NCBI GenBank assembly: GCA_002336935.1
Contig: DDEW01000002.1
Span: 8,910-72,909 of the forward strand
Direction: 5' to 3'
Origin: Candidatus Saccharibacteria bacterium UBA1944
GTDB lineage: Bacteria > Patescibacteriota > Saccharimonadia > Saccharimonadales > Saccharimonadaceae
DNA length: 64,000 bases
Shown: positions 57,988-64,000 of the stretch, piece by piece
Layout: every line of letters starts with the position of its first letter
How positions within the stretch are numbered: position 1 is the first letter of the stretch
Translations under genes and position numbers: made by a program
Notes under the pieces: model-generated
What the model was told of the DNA's origin: nothing
What the model saw: only the letters and a program-made list of their open reading frames with translations
The model's database searches: none

Positions 57988-58063
57988 TGGTCGGGGTGAA
58001 AGGACTCAAACCTTCGACCTCTCGGTCCCAAACCGAGCGCGCTATCAACTGCGCCACACCCCG
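57988..58063 (-). tRNA. tRNA-Pro (UGG)
   Basis: C1:G72 acceptor CGGGGTG/CACCCCG, A73, anticodon arm CTCGG-TTTGGGA-CCGAG, encoded CCA; 76 nt. D-loop GA and T-loop TTTGA are variant. Confidence 0.93.
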
Positions 58064-58156
58064 ATAGGTGTACAACGTGGTATTATAAGGTATTTTAACA
58101 GGGATTACCAGAGTATTTTGCTTGCACGGCAGTGGTGAGCAATCTACAATGAAAAC

Positions 58157-59722
58157 ATGTTAGATAAAATAAAGCGAATATTTTCCCAACGAGAAGCATG
58201 GTCACACAAAGACTGGGCGATTCTCGCTGTGGGGCTTGGTGTATTTGGCGTATTGTCATTAGGAAACATGGCTCGCTGGTCGATATGGTTTGACGAAGCG
58301 TATGGAGTTTACTTAATTCGCCATAGTTTTGCGGAAGTGGCGGCATTTACTGCTGCCGATGTTCACCCGCCGCTCTACTATTGGTTATTGAAAGTGTGGC
58401 AGATGCTATTTGGCAGCAGCGAAATCGCATTACGTTCGCTCAGTATGGTCATGGTAGCGGTTGCAATCGTCTTTATGTATCTTCTTGTTCGTAAATCGTT
58501 CGGCAGGCGAGTGGGTGCGTGGACAATGCTCCTCATGGCGCTCTCGCCCATGCTTATTCGTTACTCAGAAGAAGCGCGTATGTATGGTATGGCAATGGCA
58601 ATTGTCGCAGCTGCTACCTATGTACTTGTGAGCGCCACAGAAAGGCCAAGCCGCCGCAAGTGGATTCTTTATGGCATACTCGTATCGCTTGGCATGTGGA
58701 CGCACTACTATACGGCGATCATGTGGTTGGCGCACTGGGTATGGCGCTATATGACTGTTCGTACAACGACAGCTAAAAAGACCGCCAGGGCCTTTTGGAC
58801 AAAAGAGTGGGTATGGACACACATTCTTGCAGTGGCGTTATTTCTGCCTTGGCTACCGCACATGGTTAAACAAATGGCCAATGTTCAGGGAGGCGGTTTC
58901 TGGATTCATCCCATTACTGCGACGACACCCTTTAACTTTTTGACTAATATCATACTGTATCGAGAAAATCACGAAGTGAGTAGTTGGCTGGCAATTTTGA
59001 TGCTCGCGATTATGACTGGTATAGTGGTAGCGATTGTTTTGGCGTACAAAAAGTTGCGCGCCGGGCAAAAAGAAACTCTGCGATTGTTTATGGTGATGGC
59101 ATTTGTCCCAATGCTTTTGTTGCTTGCGCTGTCACTTCCTCCACTTCGCCCTTCATTTGTTGATCGCTACTTATTGCCGAGTATTCCCTTCTGGTTTGGT
59201 TTATTGGGCATTAGTGTTGCTACGGTGCTAGCAAAACAGAAAGCCCGAGTGGCGCTTCCTGCCACTGTACTTTTGCTTGTAGGACTGAGCCTAGGGGTTG
59301 CGCATGTGTATACCGTAGGCAACTACAACAAGAACGCTAACGACCCTTTGCCTATTCGTCAAACCGTGCGGCAGATGCAGCAGCTTGGTGCTGTGGGCCA
59401 ACCCATCCTTTCCTCATCGTCGTGGCGCTTTTATGAAATGCATTACTACGATACAGAGCGTAACCCGGTGTATTTTGAGGCAACCGATAACTTGACGTGG
59501 GGGTCATACGACATGCTTCGGTATAACCCTTACCGCAAAGTATATGGGGCACCTGATTTTGCAAAGGAGCATGGCGGTACTATATGGTATGTAGGCGACT
59601 GGAAGGCAGGCAGCCCTATACTACCAAGGCAAGGAAGTTGGGAAGTTCTCCGCGAAGTCAAAGTGGACGGTATTCCCGACAATCAATCAACCATTCACGC
59701 TGTTGAAATTCGCCTGAAGTAA
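58157..59722 (+). CDS. GT-C fold glycosyltransferase (PMT/ArnT, GT39/83-like)
   Basis: SIWFDEAY, DVHPPLYY.LLK.W...FG.SE.ALRSLS, SP.LI.YS.EARMY, LGMWTHYY, LFLPWLP. Confidence 0.85.
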   Translation: MLDKIKRIFSQREAWSHKDWAILAVGLGVFGVLSLGNMARWSIWFDEAYGVYLIRHSFAEVAAFTAADVHPPLYYWLLKVWQMLFGSSEIALRSLSMVMVAVAIVFMYLLVRKSFGRRVGAWTMLLMALSPMLIRYSEEARMYGMAMAIVAAATYVLVSATERPSRRKWILYGILVSLGMWTHYYTAIMWLAHWVWRYMTVRTTTAKKTARAFWTKEWVWTHILAVALFLPWLPHMVKQMANVQGGGFWIHPITATTPFNFLTNIILYRENHEVSSWLAILMLAIMTGIVVAIVLAYKKLRAGQKETLRLFMVMAFVPMLLLLALSLPPLRPSFVDRYLLPSIPFWFGLLGISVATVLAKQKARVALPATVLLLVGLSLGVAHVYTVGNYNKNANDPLPIRQTVRQMQQLGAVGQPILSSSSWRFYEMHYYDTERNPVYFEATDNLTWGSYDMLRYNPYRKVYGAPDFAKEHGGTIWYVGDWKAGSPILPRQGSWEVLREVKVDGIPDNQSTIHAVEIRLK

Positions 59723-59723
59723 G

Positions 59724-60818
59724 CTATTTGGGAATAACACGCCGAATGCCAGGCAGTCGTATAAAGAAGTACGTTGCCATAATGGTGGTGAAGCCGAGCA
59801 AAGTGTTGTAGGGAATGGCCAGTGCTTCTGGTACCGCAAAGGTAAAGATATAGTTAACCAAACAGATCATGAAGCCATGCGCGATGTACGCGGTGAGCGA
59901 GTGAGTGCCGAAGTATTCTAATACGCCATAGGTATACTTTTGCAACCACGGCGCAATGCGCTCGAACAAGAACGCAAGTGACACAAACCACAGCCCGGCA
60001 ACGATAACGCGCAGTGGCGAAAAACCTTCTATCGCAAAGGCTGCATTTGTCCAATCAACAAAAGCCGTTGGGAGCGACCAGGGGGCAAAGGCGGCCATGA
60101 CCGACAGAAACAGCAAAACACCAGAAACCCCCCACAGCCCTGAGCGAAGCTGGGCTTGCATGGTTTGCGCCCGCGCTGACCACCAAGTACGCACTTGGTC
60201 AAAGTAAAACCCGACAATACTTGGTAGGAAGAAAATAATTTGCCATTTCATCCACTCTTCGTCAAAAATGAGCCCAAGAAGGTAGGTGAGTAGCGTGGTA
60301 ATGACCAACAACCATGGCTGGCGCCTACGGAGCATGAAGACGGCGCCAATTGCAAGTAATAAGAAGATTGCGTACAGGTACAAGAAATGAATCCACATAT
60401 GGGGTTGGCCGCCAAGAGCGAATTGCGTAAATGCATCAAGGTGGCTCGTGTAATTGCCAGTTGAAATAGGAGTAAACGGCATGTTGGGAACCAGCTTACT
60501 CCACTCCAGCATGATATAGCCCATACTCACAATGACCATCCAGAAGTAAAGCATGGCGGCTCGCCACAACAATTTGCGAGCGATGTCGCTAAACGGCAGC
60601 TTTAGGCCCTTGAAACCACGAATGTAGCCAATCAGGAAGCCACTAATCATCACAAAGCCTTCCGCAGCAGTCACCCATAGCTTAGCCTCGCCAGAAACGA
60701 GTGCCCAGAGACTGGGGTACTTCCATAGGTGGTCTACAATGATGATGATGACAAAGTAGCCGCGAAGATAGTCGAGTGACAGGAGCCGGCCTGCGGGCGT
60801 TGGTTGAATTTTCGACAT
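59724..60818 (-). CDS. OpgC-domain (acyltransferase-3-like) membrane protein
   Basis: R.LSLDYLRG, AAEGFV.ISG.L.G, L.LY, FG.HSL.AY..H. TATAAT 7 nt upstream of ATG 60818. Confidence 0.75.
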   Translation of the reverse strand: MSKIQPTPAGRLLSLDYLRGYFVIIIIVDHLWKYPSLWALVSGEAKLWVTAAEGFVMISGFLIGYIRGFKGLKLPFSDIARKLLWRAAMLYFWMVIVSMGYIMLEWSKLVPNMPFTPISTGNYTSHLDAFTQFALGGQPHMWIHFLYLYAIFLLLAIGAVFMLRRRQPWLLVITTLLTYLLGLIFDEEWMKWQIIFFLPSIVGFYFDQVRTWWSARAQTMQAQLRSGLWGVSGVLLFLSVMAAFAPWSLPTAFVDWTNAAFAIEGFSPLRVIVAGLWFVSLAFLFERIAPWLQKYTYGVLEYFGTHSLTAYIAHGFMICLVNYIFTFAVPEALAIPYNTLLGFTTIMATYFFIRLPGIRRVIPK

Positions 60819-60872
60819 TGCTATAATTATAACAGAACACCGCATAAGGTTCACGTAACAAAGGAGAAGAAC

Positions 60873-61337
60873 ATGATGACACAGCAAGTACCCTACCCGG
60901 CACCAGAGTTTTCTTTGCAAGACAGTAGCGGAAACACGCATACCCTTGCAAGCTACAAAGGAAAGTGGCTCATACTGTATTTCTACCCCAAAGATGATAC
61001 CCCTGGATGCACACTTGAGGCCTGCAGTTTTAGGGATAGCAACGAACTCCTGTTAGCAAAGAAGGCGGTTGTCGTAGGAATATCACGTGACAATGCAAAG
61101 AGCCATGGTGAATTTGCTAGTTCGTATTCACTACCCTTCACGCTGCTAAGCGATACCGATCACGCCGTGATGGATGCTTATGGTGCGTGGGGCAAAAAAA
61201 TGTTTGGCAAAGAAGGTGTGTTGCGAAAAACCTTTATCATCAATCCTGAGGGGCAAGTAGTAAAAGTATACGGTAGAGTCATTCCTACCGGGCATGCACG
61301 CCAAGTGCTCGCCGACCTTGAGGCGCTTCAGGGATAA
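60873..61337 (+). CDS. bcp: Peroxiredoxin, Bcp/PrxQ type
   Basis: APEFSL, LYFYPKDDTPGCTLEACSFRD, GIS.D....H..F, FTLLSD, RKTFII. AAGGAG SD upstream. Confidence 0.92.
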   Translation: MMTQQVPYPAPEFSLQDSSGNTHTLASYKGKWLILYFYPKDDTPGCTLEACSFRDSNELLLAKKAVVVGISRDNAKSHGEFASSYSLPFTLLSDTDHAVMDAYGAWGKKMFGKEGVLRKTFIINPEGQVVKVYGRVIPTGHARQVLADLEALQG

Positions 61338-62060
61338 TTAGCGCGGACGCTTGATAGCGACTTCACGTGCTTTATGAGCGAAGGTATCGTCAATAACTTG
61401 AGGGTGGTATTCGCCATACTTGCGGACCACAGCAGTTTCAATTAAGAAGTCGGCAATGGCTGGATTTTTAGGGAGAAGAGAGCCGTGAAGGTAGGTGCCA
61501 ATTACATTCTTATAGCGGGCGCCTTCTGTGGTATCCTTGCCATTGTTGCCCGCGCCACGCACAACAGAACCGAGTGGTATTGCTTTGGCTCCAAGCGTCG
61601 TTTGCCCGCTATGGTTTTCATATCCGACAATCTGGCCAAAATCTTCACTTGTTGTCACGATGTTACCTATCATTCGCTCGTCCCCACCATAGGTTTCAAT
61701 GTCAAGTAACCCAATTCCTTGAATCACCTCACCGCTTTTGGTTTTAAAAAAGTGACCAAACTGTTGGTAGAGTCCGCATATCATGAGCATTGGTACATTA
61801 TCTTCAGCGAGTTCAATCAGTTTTGGCCCAATTCGTAGTAAGTCTTCGCCAATGCGCGATTGCCCGCTATCCTGACCACCGCCGCCGATAATAATATCGA
61901 CGTCCGATGGGAATGTATCACCTGGATTATATGAGAGTAAATTGACAGAGTAGCCATGCCACTCAAGGCGCCGTTTCAACACCAGCGTATTGCCCCAGTC
62001 GCCGTATATATTCATGTCGCGCGGGTATAATTGCAAAATACTAATAGTTTTTTGGCTCAT
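61338..62060 (-). CDS. gatD: Lipid II isoglutaminyl synthase, glutaminase subunit GatD
   Basis: LYP..MNIYGD.GN..VL, GGGQD..Q, ICG.YQ..G, GYENHSG.T, GTYLHGSLLPKNP. Confidence 0.92.
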   Translation of the reverse strand: MSQKTISILQLYPRDMNIYGDWGNTLVLKRRLEWHGYSVNLLSYNPGDTFPSDVDIIIGGGGQDSGQSRIGEDLLRIGPKLIELAEDNVPMLMICGLYQQFGHFFKTKSGEVIQGIGLLDIETYGGDERMIGNIVTTSEDFGQIVGYENHSGQTTLGAKAIPLGSVVRGAGNNGKDTTEGARYKNVIGTYLHGSLLPKNPAIADFLIETAVVRKYGEYHPQVIDDTFAHKAREVAIKRPR

Positions 62061-63340
62061 CGGACCGTCTCCACTTTTGTACGTTTTGCAAGCTTTTTAC
62101 GGAGTGTGAGCATGGCAGTATAGCTACAGTAAATACGTTTTGGTGTACCGCTTGTTGACGAGAGGAACTCATTCAGTGCGACGGCAAGGTTGGTGTTGAC
62201 GTACTTCATCGCAACTTCATCGTATTGTAAGCGCAGCGCCATGTCATAGGCGCGGATGCCAGACACAACGGCAACGCCAGTACCCTGCAAGCTGTCAAAA
62301 TCGACATCCCACAGCCAGCTCATATCACGACCATCAGCGTAGGCATCGTTAATGGCGATCATGGTTTCATATCCGCTGGGCGAGAAAGAGGCGAGACTGA
62401 GTCGAAAGCCAGCAGGGTTTTTGACAAGCACTAGTTCGCAGGTGTCGCCATTAACTATGATTGATTCACCGCGGCCAAATGCTGGTGTTACGCGCTGTAG
62501 CGAGCTAAGCATTTTAGCTTCGTTTAATTCGGCGCCCATAACCATACGCACAAGGGCGACTGCACCAACGGCGTTCTGCACATTGTAAATGCCTTTGAGT
62601 TGCAGTGTAACGGCATGTGTTTTTTCGTCGTAGCGTATATGAGCGTGTTGACCGTCAATGGATTCGAGTGAAACGTCATCTGAACGAAAGGCGGATGTTT
62701 GGCCCGTTTCTTTCGTTGTAGTACGCATGGCGTCGTCGCTAGGAAACAGTGAAAGAAGAGACGGGGCAACCCCGTAGGATGTAACGGGCTTGGTGAGCGA
62801 AGAAAGAAATGCTTCTGAGCTTAGGCGAGGATCGTCACGATTAATAACGATTCCATCGGTTGTGTGTTCAGCGATGATGTGGAGCAGATCGGCGGTTTTA
62901 TCAATTTCACCAAAGCGGTCAAGCTGGTCGCGCATGACATTGAGAAGCAGGCAGTAGCGCGGCTGAATGGCACGTACAAAGTGCACCGCATGCGCTTCGT
63001 CAAGTTCAAGCACGGCAACATCTGCCTGTAGGCGCCCACGTGAATCGACATCTCCGAGGAGCGCCGCAGCAACACCGCGAGTAAAGTTACTCCCCGTTCG
63101 GTTTGTAAATACTGATAGCCCCTGTCCTTCTAGCAATTCAACTACCATTTTTGTCGTTGTTGTTTTGCCGTTTGTGCCGCTAATTAGTACGACACCACGC
63201 GGCAGTTGCGCCAGGGTGCGCGAAACAAACAGAGGATCAATGCGTTCAACAAACAGTCCGGGAAGCGCAGAGCCTCCACCCCTAAGTTGGGCAATGTGCT
63301 TTACGCCTTTTCCAAGCATTGTAATAAAACGCTGTTGCAT
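62057..63340 (-). CDS. murT: Lipid II isoglutaminyl synthase, ligase subunit MurT
   Basis: GSALPG, SGTNGKTTT, NRTGSN..RG, ELDEA, LLNV.RDQLDRFGE, FGRGE, LVKNPAG, ADGRD.SWLWDVDF. Confidence 0.92.
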   Translation of the reverse strand: MQQRFITMLGKGVKHIAQLRGGGSALPGLFVERIDPLFVSRTLAQLPRGVVLISGTNGKTTTTKMVVELLEGQGLSVFTNRTGSNFTRGVAAALLGDVDSRGRLQADVAVLELDEAHAVHFVRAIQPRYCLLLNVMRDQLDRFGEIDKTADLLHIIAEHTTDGIVINRDDPRLSSEAFLSSLTKPVTSYGVAPSLLSLFPSDDAMRTTTKETGQTSAFRSDDVSLESIDGQHAHIRYDEKTHAVTLQLKGIYNVQNAVGAVALVRMVMGAELNEAKMLSSLQRVTPAFGRGESIIVNGDTCELVLVKNPAGFRLSLASFSPSGYETMIAINDAYADGRDMSWLWDVDFDSLQGTGVAVVSGIRAYDMALRLQYDEVAMKYVNTNLAVALNEFLSSTSGTPKRIYCSYTAMLTLRKKLAKRTKVETVR

Positions 63341-63423
63341 AGTCTTATTATACAGGCATATGACCTGTGAGTAATTGTGACATGCGACTAGTGAATTGGA
63401 CCTACCTGAGGTACAATAGGGTT

Positions 63424-63807
63424 ATGTTTATTGTGGGCTTGTTCACGTGGTGGTATGGTGCCGGCTGGAAGCAGCGTCTTTTGGAAGCCCGTGAGCATAT
63501 GGCGAGTACCTACGACTACTTCTCGATTGATCTGTTGGCACGCACGCTCTTTTCACCCTATCGTCAGATATCTGCAGGTACAGTACGCGGCCCGATTGGG
63601 GTACAAATGCGTGCGTGGTTTGACAGACTTATATCGCGCACAATTGGTGCAATTGTGCGTTCGCTCGTGATTGTTATAGGGGTGGTTACACTCCTAGTGA
63701 CACTAATGGTGAACACTATCGTCATCATAGTCTGGGGGCTTGTGCCTGTTGCGCCGATTATTGGTATGGTATTGATGAGTACGGGGTGGGTACCATGGCA
63801 CATTTAG
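63424..63807 (+). CDS. Hypothetical membrane protein
   Basis: WWYG.GW, YFSI.LL.RTLFSP.RQ, ISR.IGAIVR; TACAAT 6 nt upstream of ATG 63424. Confidence 0.65.
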   Translation: MFIVGLFTWWYGAGWKQRLLEAREHMASTYDYFSIDLLARTLFSPYRQISAGTVRGPIGVQMRAWFDRLISRTIGAIVRSLVIVIGVVTLLVTLMVNTIVIIVWGLVPVAPIIGMVLMSTGWVPWHI

Positions 63808-64000
63808 AGTACAATTATCACTCCATGCGCTCGCAAAAGGCGCGCGTAGGTGCTCGATTGACTGGGGTACCGATTACTGCGATTGCGTGGTTGCTAGGCG
63901 TGATATTGCTGGGCGGAGTGGCGCTCCTTATTGGTGCGGGCACTGCTGTTGGCTGGCTACTGATTGGTCTTGCGGCTGTTCCTTATATGGTGGTTATGTG
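63795..64000 (+). CDS. 5' end of a membrane protein (runs off the window)
   Basis: MAHLEYNYHSMRSQKARVGARL followed by two hydrophobic helices; open to the window end; overlaps the upstream stop. Confidence 0.5.
   Translation, partial: MAHLEYNYHSMRSQKARVGARLTGVPITAIAWLLGVILLGGVALLIGAGTAVGWLLIGLAAVPYMVVM

Noticed and set aside
3983-63423. Upstream ORF-track extensions of lepA, hrcA, dnaK, the permease, dnaJ, HD, PRC-barrel, tsaB, OpgC, bcp and others
   Set aside because: They overlap neighbouring genes, promoters or CIRCE sites; downstream starts fit the SD or -10 spacing and the family N-termini.
687-63803. Numerous 60-250-aa ORFs antisense or off-frame to well-supported genes (for example 1058-1807, 21104-21736, 24013-24861, 52860-53420)
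   Set aside because: They are shadows of conserved genes, with no motifs or independent start signals.
1-64000. CRISPR array, cas genes, rRNA, retron or DGR reverse transcriptase, restriction-modification genes
   Set aside because: I saw no regularly spaced repeats and no RT (YxDD), Cas or methyltransferase motifs.

Overview
Bacterial chromosome segment whose gene content and style point to Candidatus Saccharibacteria (TM7, Patescibacteria/CPR); this is inferred from content, not from a database hit. The housekeeping backbone is tilS-ftsH-murJ-lepA-gmk, a fragmented hrcA-grpE/dnaK/dnaJ regulon with four CIRCE operators, tRNA-Lys, comEC-yebC-ruvC-PBP-ruvAB-recA-recX, a type IV pilus cluster (pilB, pilC, pilM, pilN, pilO), tsaE-tsaB-rny, a sortase, an S8 protease, tRNA-Pro and murT-gatD. 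Two accessory loci stand out. (1) At 6.6-13.0 kb, a divergent TatA/TatC pair is flanked by two micro-proteins sharing a YGAxxY motif, one with an LPSTG sortase signal and one that is little more than a Tat-like signal (DRQEFLK). These are followed by two signal-less phage-tail-like proteins, one frameshifted and one ending in a glycerophosphodiesterase domain, and an IS30 element splits the locus promoter region. (2) At 28.4-32.6 kb, a MATCAP/DUF1704-like metallocarboxypeptidase lies next to a GNAT, a second ATP-grasp ligase, a RimB-like aspartic protease and RimK, a candidate reversible C-terminal tailing system. Other observations: a 172-bp att-flanked mini-element at tRNA-Lys, an A19-U56 elbow in tRNA-Pro, pervasive leaderless-type promoters, and two single-base frameshifts that may be assembly errors. 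All functional calls are by-eye motif recognition; no searches were run.
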